A stretch of 44,463 nucleotides of DNA from assembly GCA_035518135.1 (NCBI GenBank), contig DATIXW010000013.1, forward strand, positions 1 through 44,463, read 5' to 3'. The notes beneath the pieces are model-generated. The model worked only from the letters and a program-made list of their open reading frames with translations. It did no database searches and was not told where the DNA came from. Within the stretch, counting starts at the first letter, position 1. The number at the start of each line of letters is the position of its first letter. The stretch is from Steroidobacteraceae bacterium (lineage in GTDB: Bacteria > Pseudomonadota > Gammaproteobacteria > Steroidobacterales > Steroidobacteraceae). The translations under genes and the position numbers were made by a program. Of the stretch, positions 27,480 to 35,670 are shown one piece after another.

Positions 27480-28435
27480 GCGCATCGGCACCGCTTGCGA
27501 GCGCGCCGCCCCGGGCTGCCGGCGCCACCGCGCCGAGCGAGCGGTGCGAGAACTGCGGCAACGAGGTCACGCAACGCTACTGCGGCGCCTGCGGGCAGCG
27601 CCTCGAGCCCCCGGTGCATTCCCTGTGGCACTTCTCGCGCCTCGCCACCGAGGACCTGACGCACGCCGACTCGCGCCTGTGGCGCACCCTCGGCGCGCTG
27701 CTGTTCCGGCCCGGGAAGCTGACGGCCGAGTTCCTCGCCGGGCACCGCGCGCGCTACCTGCCGCCGCTGCGCCTGTACCTGGTCGTGTCGGTGGCCTTCT
27801 TCCTGGTGGCGAGCGTGGTCAACACGCGCCTCGCCGTGGTGCAGTTCGACCCTGACAAGGTGGACACCGGCCGCGCGGTCACGGCCGAGAAGCTTGAGGA
27901 CGTTCCAACCCTGCAATCAAAAGCCGGTGAGACGCCGGAGCAGCGCGCGGAGCGGGTGTGTGCGGGCGCCAACTACGACGGCCCCTGGCAGAGCACCTTG
28001 CGCCCGCTCGTGCAGCAGGGCTGCCGCAGGACCGTCATCGACAACGGCCGCGAGCTGCAGCAGGCGTTCCTGCACAACGTGCCCCGGGCGATGTTCCTGT
28101 TCCTGCCACTGCTCGCCGCCCTCATGATGCTCATGTACTGGTTCCCGCGGCATTACTACGTGGAGCACCTGCTGCTGTTCGTGCATAACCACGCGTTCGT
28201 GTTCCTGGTTGCCGGGGTGTTGCTGCTGCTGCGCAAGGTGCTGCCGCCGGTTCCCGGCGCAGGTCTCGCGGTGTTCCTGTACTTCGCGTGGTACATGTAC
28301 CGCTCGATGCGCGTCGTCTACCGCCAGGGGCGCCTGCTGACGCTGAGCAAGCTCGCGTTGCTGGCCTGCTTTTACCTGCTGTCCGCTGCCATGATGGTCG
28401 CGGCCACCAGTGTGTATAGCGTTCTCATGCTGTGA
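27476..28435 (+). CDS. DUF3667-like zinc-ribbon membrane protein
   Basis: The ATG overlaps the fadE stop (ATGA). An N-terminal CxxC..CxxC ribbon (CENCGNEVTQRYCGACG) is followed by several TM helices. The family assignment is from memory. Confidence 0.65.
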   Translation: MSASAPLASAPPRAAGATAPSERCENCGNEVTQRYCGACGQRLEPPVHSLWHFSRLATEDLTHADSRLWRTLGALLFRPGKLTAEFLAGHRARYLPPLRLYLVVSVAFFLVASVVNTRLAVVQFDPDKVDTGRAVTAEKLEDVPTLQSKAGETPEQRAERVCAGANYDGPWQSTLRPLVQQGCRRTVIDNGRELQQAFLHNVPRAMFLFLPLLAALMMLMYWFPRHYYVEHLLLFVHNHAFVFLVAGVLLLLRKVLPPVPGAGLAVFLYFAWYMYRSMRVVYRQGRLLTLSKLALLACFYLLSAAMMVAATSVYSVLML

Positions 28436-28446
28436 AGGAGTCTCCT

Positions 28447-28866
28447 ATGCGTACCCTGATCATCGGCGCGCTCCTGGCCCTCATCTCGCCGGTCCTCGCC
28501 CAGGAGCGCACGCCCGCGCCCGCGGGGGCCGAGGTCTACATCATCAGTCCCAAGAACGGCGCCCACGTGCACGCCCCGGTGCTGGTGCAGTTCGGCCTGA
28601 AGGGCATGGGTGTCGCGCCGGCGGGCGTCAAGTTCGACAACACCGGCCATCACCACCTGCTCATCGATACCGAGGCGCCTGCGGACCTCAACAGCCCGCT
28701 GCCGGCCAATGAGCACATCGTGCACTTCGGCAAGGGGCAGACCGAGACCACGCTCAACCTCGCACCGGGCAGGCACACGCTGCAGCTGCTGTTCGCCGAC
28801 CTGAACCACATACCCCACAGCCCGCCGCTCATCTCGCCCAAGATCACCATCACCGTGCTGAAGTAG
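28447..28866 (+). CDS. DUF4399-like secreted protein
   Basis: GAAGGAG precedes ATG 28447. A signal peptide (MRTLIIGALLALISPVLAQE) is followed by the GHHHLLID motif characteristic of this family. The family assignment is from memory. Confidence 0.65.
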   Translation: MRTLIIGALLALISPVLAQERTPAPAGAEVYIISPKNGAHVHAPVLVQFGLKGMGVAPAGVKFDNTGHHHLLIDTEAPADLNSPLPANEHIVHFGKGQTETTLNLAPGRHTLQLLFADLNHIPHSPPLISPKITITVLK

Positions 28867-28884
28867 CCGACTCCCGCAGCGGCC

Positions 28885-30036
28885 GTGGCGCGCGCCGTCC
28901 TGCACGTCGACATGGATGCGTTCTACGCGTCCGTCGAGCAGCGTGACGAACCGGCACTCGCCGGCCGCCCGGTCATCGTCGGCTGGGATGGCGGGCGCGG
29001 GGTCGTCGCGGCGGCGAGCTACGAGGTGCGCGTGTTCGGGGTGCATTCCGCGATGCCCATGCGCACCGCGCTGCGGCTGTGTCCGCAGGCGCTGTGCGTG
29101 CGCCCGCGCATGGCGCGTTACCAGGAAGTCTCGCGCGAGGTATTCAGCGTGTTCCGGCAGATCACCCCTCTGGTGCAGGGGCTGTCCCTCGATGAGGCCT
29201 TCCTCGACGTCACCGCCAGCCAGGAGCTGTTCGGCGGCGCCGTCGCGATCGCCCACACGATCAAACACCGTATCCGCGAGCGCACCGGGCTCGGCGCCTC
29301 GGTCGGGGTCGCCCCGAACAAGCTCGTCGCCAAGATCGCCTCCGACCTGCACAAGCCCGACGGGCTGACGGTGGTGACGCCGCAGAACCTGCGCGCGCTG
29401 CTCGATCCGCTCTCGGTGCGCAAGCTCCCCGGACTCGGGCGCAAGACCGGAGCGAGGGTCGAGGCGGCGGGCATCCATACCCTGGGTCAGCTGCGCAGCG
29501 CCCCCGATGCGCTGCTGTGGCCGCTGTTCGGCCGCTACTCGGGCTGGATCCGCGAGCGCGCCTCCGGGATCGATGAGCGTCCGGTACAGCCGGATCTCGA
29601 GGAGAAGTCCCTGAGCGCCGAGGACACCTTCGAGACCGACATTGGCGATGCGCGCACGCTGCAGCGCCAGCTGGCGCGCCTGGCGGAGCTGGCGGCGAGC
29701 CGCCTGCGCGCACGTGAACTCATGGCCGGCTGTATCGGGGTGAAGATCCGCCGCGGAGACTTCAGCACCTTCACGCGCCAGCGCGCCGTGGCGCCGCCCA
29801 CCAACGAGGAGCGTACCATCGCCGGAGTCGCCGCAGACCTGCTGGCCCGCTGGCTCGCGGGCAACCCCGAGGCGAAGCTGCGCCTGCTCGGGGTGGTGCT
29901 CACGGAGCTCACACCGGCGGCGCAGCTGGGCCTGTTCGAGCAGGCGCGGCCCATCAGCCGCGTGGACGCCGCGCTCGATGCGGCGCGGGCACGTTTTGGC
30001 AGCGGCGCGCTGCGCCGCGGCAGCACGCTGAAGTAG
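28885..30036 (+). CDS. dinB: DNA polymerase IV (Y-family)
   Basis: Starts at GTG. Contains LHVDMDAFYASVEQRD, SYEVRVFGVHSAMP, LSLDEAFLDVT, GVAPNKLVAKIASD and KLPGLGRKTG. Confidence 0.9.
   Translation: MARAVLHVDMDAFYASVEQRDEPALAGRPVIVGWDGGRGVVAAASYEVRVFGVHSAMPMRTALRLCPQALCVRPRMARYQEVSREVFSVFRQITPLVQGLSLDEAFLDVTASQELFGGAVAIAHTIKHRIRERTGLGASVGVAPNKLVAKIASDLHKPDGLTVVTPQNLRALLDPLSVRKLPGLGRKTGARVEAAGIHTLGQLRSAPDALLWPLFGRYSGWIRERASGIDERPVQPDLEEKSLSAEDTFETDIGDARTLQRQLARLAELAASRLRARELMAGCIGVKIRRGDFSTFTRQRAVAPPTNEERTIAGVAADLLARWLAGNPEAKLRLLGVVLTELTPAAQLGLFEQARPISRVDAALDAARARFGSGALRRGSTLK
30007..30025 (+). repeat. Direct repeat copy 1 (GCGCTGCGCCGCGGCAGCA) at the dinB 3' end
   Basis: Identical 19-mer to 31007-31025. 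Across 30001-30036 versus 31001-31036, 28 of 36 positions match, and both segments end in TAG at the same offset. Confidence 0.9.
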
Positions 30037-30119
30037 ACCCGCGAGCCTTCAGCTGCGTAGATCAGTCCGGTGATGCTGAAGCCGAGCATCGCCCAGGTTA
30101 GAAAATTAAGGGGGATCCT

Positions 30120-30791
30120 GTGATGGTTACAGAGCGCACTCGTGACGAGTTCGAGCGGCCCGCGGCGGACCTGTTCCTGCTCTTTACGATGCTTTCGCTG
30201 ATTCTGGCGCACCCGCTGCTCGATGGGGTGATCTGGGGACGAATCGTGCTGGGCATACTGACCTTCGTGCCCCTGATCGTTGCGATGGTGAGGATGGCGG
30301 ACCGCAAGGAACTGGTGTGGCCATTTGCCGCGCTCCTCCTGACCGCCTTCGCCTGCTCAGTGGCGGCCTATGTCTCCGGCAGTCAGACCCTGCATGCGAT
30401 TCAGTGGGCCCTGACGGCGCTCGCCTTCGCGGTGAGCGTGGGGGGCCTCTTCTCATATCTGCAGGCTGCAACCCGCGTCACCGCCGGGCATCTGTACACC
30501 GCGGGCAGCATCTATCTGCTGCTGGTGGGCTTGTTCTTTGCGCTCTATCAGAGCTTTGCCGCTGTACTGCCCGGGGCGTTCGAGAAAACCTCCGGCGCCA
30601 CCACCGGGCAGGCGGTGGATCTCCTTTACTTCAGCATGGTCACGCTGACCACCGTGGGCTATGGCGACATCGTGCCCGTGAACGGCATCGTGCGGATGAT
30701 CGCCGGCCTCGAGGCCACCACGGGCGTGCTCTACGTGGCCATCACGGTCTCCATTCTGGTGAGTGGCTACAAGGGGCGGGCGAGCTCTTGA
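30120..30791 (+). CDS. Minimal potassium channel (six TM segments plus pore loop, no cytoplasmic domain)
   Basis: Carries the selectivity filter TLTTVGYGD. AAGGGGGA lies upstream of GTG 30120 / ATG 30123. There are visibly more A/T-ending codons than in neighbouring genes. Confidence 0.8.
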   Translation: MMVTERTRDEFERPAADLFLLFTMLSLILAHPLLDGVIWGRIVLGILTFVPLIVAMVRMADRKELVWPFAALLLTAFACSVAAYVSGSQTLHAIQWALTALAFAVSVGGLFSYLQAATRVTAGHLYTAGSIYLLLVGLFFALYQSFAAVLPGAFEKTSGATTGQAVDLLYFSMVTLTTVGYGDIVPVNGIVRMIAGLEATTGVLYVAITVSILVSGYKGRASS

Positions 30792-31006
30792 GCCGGCTCC
30801 GGCCGCGCCTTGCGGGCTAGCGGTCGCGGCACCTGATCCCTCATCCCCCGGGGGGGCCGTCGCACGCTGGCTCACCGGGGCCCGGGGTGGGAAACTTCCC
30901 CCGCGGGGCGCGGTCCCATCCACTTCGCCCGCGCTCGCAACCCCGCGGGGGCGCGATGGCCGCAGGTCCGGCAGGCGGCCCTGGGCGCGGCGGGCTGCGC
31001 ACCCGG

Positions 31007-31025
31007 GCGCTGCGCCGCGGCAGCA
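31007..31025 (+). repeat. Direct repeat copy 2 (GCGCTGCGCCGCGGCAGCA), 20 nt upstream of gspA
   Basis: Lies exactly 1000 bp downstream of copy 1. It is followed by ..GAGTAG, mirroring ..GAAGTAG at the dinB stop. Confidence 0.9.
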
Positions 31026-31045
31026 GCATCGAGTAGCATCAGCCC

Positions 31046-32698
31046 ATGTACCTGACGTTTTTCGGACTCAACGAAAAGCCGTTCGCGATCACCCCCGATC
31101 CGCGCTACCTCTACCTGAGCGAGCGCCACGCGGAAGCGCTGGCGCACCTGCTCTACGGCATCAACGAGGCGGGCGGCTTTGTCCAGCTGACCGGGGAGGT
31201 CGGCACCGGCAAGACGACCATCGTGCGCTCGCTCCTGGCGCAGACGCCCAAGAACGCCGAGATCGCCCTCATCCTCAACCCCAAGATGACGCCCGCGGAG
31301 TTCCTGCTGACCATCTGCGAGGAGCTCGGCATCGGGGTCCCGGACTCCGCGCTCAGCAGCCTGAAGGACCTGGTGGACATCCTCAGCCACTATCTGCTGC
31401 GCGCGCACGCGAGCGGCCAGCGCGTGGTACTGGTGGTGGATGAGGCGCAGAATCTGTCCCCCGACGTGCTCGAGCAGGTGCGCCTGCTCACCAACCTCGA
31501 AACCAACACGCAGAAGCTGCTGCAGATCATCGTGATCGGGCAACCGGAGCTGCGCGAACTGCTCGCTCGCACCGAGCTGCGCCAGCTCGCCCAGCGCGTC
31601 ACCGGCCGTTACCACCTCAATCCACTGTCACGCGATGAGACGACCGCCTACGTGCGCCATCGGCTGCGGGTCGCAGGTGCCACGACCGACATCTTCAGTG
31701 CGCAGGCGCTGGCCGAGGTCTACCGCCTCTCGCAGGGCGTACCGCGCGTGATCAATGTGATCTGCGACCGGGCGCTGCTCGGGGCCTACTCGCTCGACCG
31801 CCACCGCGTCACGACGCCGCTGGTGCGCAACGCCGCCTCCGAGGTGTTTGGGCGCAACTTCACGCCGCACTGGCTGCCGTGGGCGATTACCGCCGGCATC
31901 GCCGCGCTGCTGTCCGCTGCGCTCCTGGCGCTGTGGACTTACGAGCCCTGGAAGGGCCACGCCCGTGCGCCGCTGGCGGCCCCGGCGAGCGCTGCGGCGG
32001 GCGCTGCGGCGGTGCCGGCGGTGAACCTCACAGCGCCCCCCGCAGCCCCGGCGCCGCGGCCGCAGCTGGCCCAGCTGCTCGCCAGCCATGCCGCCGAGAC
32101 CGACACCGACAGCGCCTTCGCCAAGCTCTTCGGGCTGTGGGGTGCAAAATATCAGCCGAGCACGATCGATCCGTGCACGCAGGCGCAGCAGCAGGGCCTG
32201 GAGTGCGTCACCGAGCGCGGCTCCTTCGGGCAGCTGCGTCTCTACAACCACCCGGCCATCCTGCTGCTCACCGATCCGGGCGGCGCAAACCACCAGGTCG
32301 TGCTGACGGCCCTCGGCGAGGAGGAGGCGCGCCTGCAGCTTGGCGGCACACACACCGTCGGCCTGGGGGAGCTCTCGCACTACTGGCTCGGGGACTTCGT
32401 CATGCTGTGGCGGCCGGGCAGTTCGCCGGTGAAGCCGCTGTTCGCGGGTATGCGCGGGGAGTCGGTGCGCTGGCTGCGCCAGAGCCTGCAGCACGAGCGC
32501 GGACTGCCGGGCAGCAGCGATCCGGTGAGCGATGTGTTCGACGCCGACCTCACGGCCCAGGTGCGCGAGTTCCAGCGTCAGCACCAGCTGACCGTCGACG
32601 GCATAGCGGGTGTGCAGACGCAGATCGCGCTTGCCGCGACGCAGGCCGCACCCAACACGCCGCTCCTGTCTGCAAACGAAATTCATCATGGCGGGTGA
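31046..32698 (+). CDS. gspA: GspA/ExeA-like AAA ATPase with C-terminal peptidoglycan-binding domain
   Basis: Begins MYLTFFGLNEKPFAITPDPRYLYLSERHAEAL and has Walker A GEVGTGKTT and Walker B VLVVDEAQNL. A TM segment follows. The C-terminal LTAQVREFQRQHQLTVDGIAGVQTQIAL is a PG_binding_1-type repeat. Length is 550 aa, as for Aeromonas ExeA. Confidence 0.85.
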   Translation: MYLTFFGLNEKPFAITPDPRYLYLSERHAEALAHLLYGINEAGGFVQLTGEVGTGKTTIVRSLLAQTPKNAEIALILNPKMTPAEFLLTICEELGIGVPDSALSSLKDLVDILSHYLLRAHASGQRVVLVVDEAQNLSPDVLEQVRLLTNLETNTQKLLQIIVIGQPELRELLARTELRQLAQRVTGRYHLNPLSRDETTAYVRHRLRVAGATTDIFSAQALAEVYRLSQGVPRVINVICDRALLGAYSLDRHRVTTPLVRNAASEVFGRNFTPHWLPWAITAGIAALLSAALLALWTYEPWKGHARAPLAAPASAAAGAAAVPAVNLTAPPAAPAPRPQLAQLLASHAAETDTDSAFAKLFGLWGAKYQPSTIDPCTQAQQQGLECVTERGSFGQLRLYNHPAILLLTDPGGANHQVVLTALGEEEARLQLGGTHTVGLGELSHYWLGDFVMLWRPGSSPVKPLFAGMRGESVRWLRQSLQHERGLPGSSDPVSDVFDADLTAQVREFQRQHQLTVDGIAGVQTQIALAATQAAPNTPLLSANEIHHGG

Positions 32699-32701
32699 CC
32701 G

Positions 32702-33412
32702 ATGTCGTTCATTCTCGACGCACTGAAGAAATCCGAGAGCGACCGCCAGCGCCAGAACGGGCCGGCGCTGTTCGAAGTGAAGGTCGCCCCGCCGCGCTCG
32801 CACCTGCCGTTGTGGGCAATCGCCATTGCGCTGCTGCTCATCGTGAACGTCGGAGTCGTCGCCTGGATGGTGCTGCGACGGCCGGCCCATACGGAACCCG
32901 CCGTCGCGGCGGCCGCGCCAGTGCCGGCCCCGGCACCGGCCCCCGTGCTCGCGAGCCCGCAACCCGCACCCACACCCGCACCCCAGGGGGCGAGCGCCAC
33001 TGCTGCCACCCCGGCCCTCACCCCCGCGGGTCCCGCCGCGGCGGCCGCCAGTGAGAACACCCCGCCACCGGCTGCGTCGGCGCCCGCGCCGAACAACGCC
33101 GGGGAGAGTGCGGAAGATCTCGCCCCCGCCGCCGAGCCGGGCGCGCCGCTGGGCTCACACGTACGGCGTGGCACCGTGGACGGCGTGCCGCTGTATCAGG
33201 ACTGGGCAACCACACCCGGCACGCACGTGCCGCAGCTGCGCCTCGACCTGCATGTGTATGCGGCGCGCCCCCAGGATCGCTTCGTGATGATCAACATGAA
33301 GAGGCTGCGCGAGGGCGACACGCTTCCGGAAGGCGTGCGCGTGGAGAGCATCACGCCGGAAGGGGCCGTCCTTTCCTACAACGGCTCGCGCTTCCTGCTG
33401 CCGCGGGACTGA
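32702..33412 (+). CDS. gspB: GspB/ExeB-like type II secretion accessory protein
   Basis: Begins MSFILDALKKSESDRQ, followed by a TM segment and a Pro/Ala-rich linker. The C-terminal RFVMINMKRLREGDTLPEGVRVESITPEGAVLSYNGSRFLL matches the GspB C-terminal domain pattern. Confidence 0.75.
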   Translation: MSFILDALKKSESDRQRQNGPALFEVKVAPPRSHLPLWAIAIALLLIVNVGVVAWMVLRRPAHTEPAVAAAAPVPAPAPAPVLASPQPAPTPAPQGASATAATPALTPAGPAAAAASENTPPPAASAPAPNNAGESAEDLAPAAEPGAPLGSHVRRGTVDGVPLYQDWATTPGTHVPQLRLDLHVYAARPQDRFVMINMKRLREGDTLPEGVRVESITPEGAVLSYNGSRFLLPRD

Positions 33413-33648
33413 AGCTCCCGGCCCCCTGGAGGGGACAGAAATTGTCACATCGGCGGGGCACCGCCAGCCCCGTTCCGAGGGCTTTATGTCGGCTGTTTCA
33501 CACACCGCCGCCCCCCGCCACCGCCCCCTGCGGTGCCGGAATGATCAGTTTCACAGAATCCGGCGCTGCTTAGCGACAGTCTGCGCGCCTTCCGTCATCG
33601 TGGCTGCCGCGGCCGGGCAACAAAGCCTGACGGGCGGGTTTTCCAGCG

Positions 33649-35670
33649 GTGACAGTGGTGGCGACGAGTACCCAGACGCAGCCTTCAAAGATGACGGCGC
33701 CGCGCGGCGCCGCGCCGGGCACGTATGCACTCGAACCGGCACCGCTGATCGCACTCACGCAGGACCCGAAACTCTTTAGGACCCTGCAGGCGGTCAGCAA
33801 TGCCGCGCACCCGGTACGCGCGGTCGGCTCCGAGATCGACTTCGCCGCCGCGCTGATGGCGCATCAGGCAGCCGTTGCCGTGCTCGACTCGGCGGCGGTC
33901 GCGACGCCCATCGACAAGCTCACCGCGCGCCTGCACGCGCAGTTTCCCGACCTGGTCATGATCGTGGCCGGCAGCGCCGAGGAGCAGGGCCTGCTCGCGG
34001 CACAGATCACCGACGGCTCGGTACATCGCTTCCTGCACAAGCCGGTCTCCGAGCAGCGGGTGCGGCTGTTCGTGGAAGCGGCGTGGCGGCGCCATGAGGA
34101 TGCCTTGAAGGGCGCCGCCGCCGCGCCCCTCTCGCCACCACCGCGACGCAACCGCTGGGGGCTGATCGGCGGCGTCATCCTCGCCCTGGCCGCCGCACTC
34201 ACCTGGGTGGCAACCCAGACACGTACCAGCACCCCGCCCGCGCGGGCGACCGAAGCCACCGCCAGGGCGGGCGCCGGCGATGCCGCCCTCGAGCAGCTGC
34301 TCGCACGCGCCGATGAGGCGCTGGCCGCCGGCGCACTCACCGCCCCGCCGGGCGCCAATGCGGCGGATCTGTACCGCGAGGCACTGCAGCGCAACGCGCG
34401 TGACCCGCGCGCCCTGAACGGACTTGAGCAGGTGATCGATCATCTGCTGAGCGATGCCGAGGCGCAGCTGCAGGAGCACCATCTGGATGTCGCCCAGCAG
34501 CTCGCCGACCAGGCGCGCGCCATCAACCCGCGCCACGCGCGCGTGGCATTCCTGACCGCGCAGATCGGTGCGCAGCGCGAGCGGCTGGTGCTCGGCAGGG
34601 CCCAGCGCGCCGCCGCCGGCGGGGACGTGGGCGCAGCGCTCGCGGTCCTGGATGACGCCGCGCGCGGCGGCGATCGCTCGACGCTGGTCGAGGAGGCGCG
34701 CGCGCAGCTGACGCAGAAGCAGACCGCTGCGCGGGTCACCGACCTCCTCGTGCATGCGCGCGAGGCGTTCGCAGCCGGTGCAATCATCGAGCCCGCCGAA
34801 CAGAACGCGCGCTTCTACATCGAGTCCGCCAAGGCGCTGGCCCCGAACGATCCGGCCGTGCAGGAGGCTCGCAGCGAACTGCTGGCGCGCCTGCAGAGCG
34901 AGTCCCGCCAGGCCGCCACCGCCGGCAATGCCGAGCTGGCAGATCACTGGGCCGATGCCGCCGCCGAGAGCGGGGCGGATGCGGCGGACGTGGTGGCGCT
35001 GCACCAGGCCGCGCAGCAGCTGCGCGGCGCGGCGCAGGAGAACTCGCGTGCGCGCACCGAAGCACTCTTCAAGCAGCGCCTGTCGCAGGGACAGTTGCTC
35101 GAGCCCGCCGGCGACAGCGCCAAGTACTACCTCGAGCAGCTGGCGCAGGCCGAGCCTGCCGGGGCGGCGACACTCGCCGCGCGCACCGCTTTCGAGACGC
35201 GCCTCCTCGATGAGGCGCAGGCCGCCGCCCGGACGCAGGATCTGACCGGCGCACGTCGCTGGCTCGCGGAGGCACAGGCGGCCGGGGCCGCGGCCCCGGC
35301 CATCGCCGCGGTGGAGGCCGAACTCGCCGCGGCGGCTCCGAACGGGCCGGGTGGCGCGGCGCCGGCCGCCGCCGCCGCGGAGGGCGGCTACGTGAGCGCA
35401 ACCTCGCTGACGCGCACCCGTTACGTGCCGCCCCAGTTCCCGGACAGCGCCCGGGAGAAGGGAATCGAGGGTTGGGTGGACGTGCAGTTCCTGGTCAACG
35501 CCGATGGCAGCGTGGGCGAGGCCGCCATCGTGGGGGCGCAGCCGGTCGGCATCTTCGAGCAAAGCGCGCTTGAGGCGGTGCGTCGCTGGCGCTACCAGCC
35601 GGTGCTGCACGATGGAGCACCGGTCACGCAGAGGGCGCGCGTGCGCGTGCGCTTCGCGGTGCAGCCGTGA
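33649..35670 (+). CDS. Receiver-like domain / TM / helical-repeat / TonB C-terminal-domain protein
   Basis: Residues about 31-148 are CheY-like (..AVAVLDSAAV..DLVMIVAGSA..RFLHKPV). The TM segment is WGLIGGVILALAAALTWVA. Three related helical repeat modules follow. The C-terminal YVPPQFPDSAREKGIEGWVDVQFLVNADGSVGEAAIVGAQPVGIFEQSALEAVRRWRYQP is TonB_C. An alternative start is ATG 33691. Confidence 0.75.
   Translation: MTVVATSTQTQPSKMTAPRGAAPGTYALEPAPLIALTQDPKLFRTLQAVSNAAHPVRAVGSEIDFAAALMAHQAAVAVLDSAAVATPIDKLTARLHAQFPDLVMIVAGSAEEQGLLAAQITDGSVHRFLHKPVSEQRVRLFVEAAWRRHEDALKGAAAAPLSPPPRRNRWGLIGGVILALAAALTWVATQTRTSTPPARATEATARAGAGDAALEQLLARADEALAAGALTAPPGANAADLYREALQRNARDPRALNGLEQVIDHLLSDAEAQLQEHHLDVAQQLADQARAINPRHARVAFLTAQIGAQRERLVLGRAQRAAAGGDVGAALAVLDDAARGGDRSTLVEEARAQLTQKQTAARVTDLLVHAREAFAAGAIIEPAEQNARFYIESAKALAPNDPAVQEARSELLARLQSESRQAATAGNAELADHWADAAAESGADAADVVALHQAAQQLRGAAQENSRARTEALFKQRLSQGQLLEPAGDSAKYYLEQLAQAEPAGAATLAARTAFETRLLDEAQAAARTQDLTGARRWLAEAQAAGAAAPAIAAVEAELAAAAPNGPGGAAPAAAAAEGGYVSATSLTRTRYVPPQFPDSAREKGIEGWVDVQFLVNADGSVGEAAIVGAQPVGIFEQSALEAVRRWRYQPVLHDGAPVTQRARVRVRFAVQP

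Noticed and set aside
29535-30212. A 225-aa minus-strand ORF with a membrane-like stretch (LTWAMLGFSITGLIYAAEG) between dinB and the K+ channel gene.
   Set aside because: Most of it is antisense to the well-supported dinB and channel genes. The hydrophobic stretch is only about 20 residues in a non-coding gap. I see no start context or family match.
30763-31443. A 226-aa plus-strand ORF spanning the channel/gspA gap and the gspA 5' region.
   Set aside because: The translation is Arg/Gly/Pro-rich. It is out of frame with the clearly homologous gspA N-terminus (MYLTFFGLNEKPF..).
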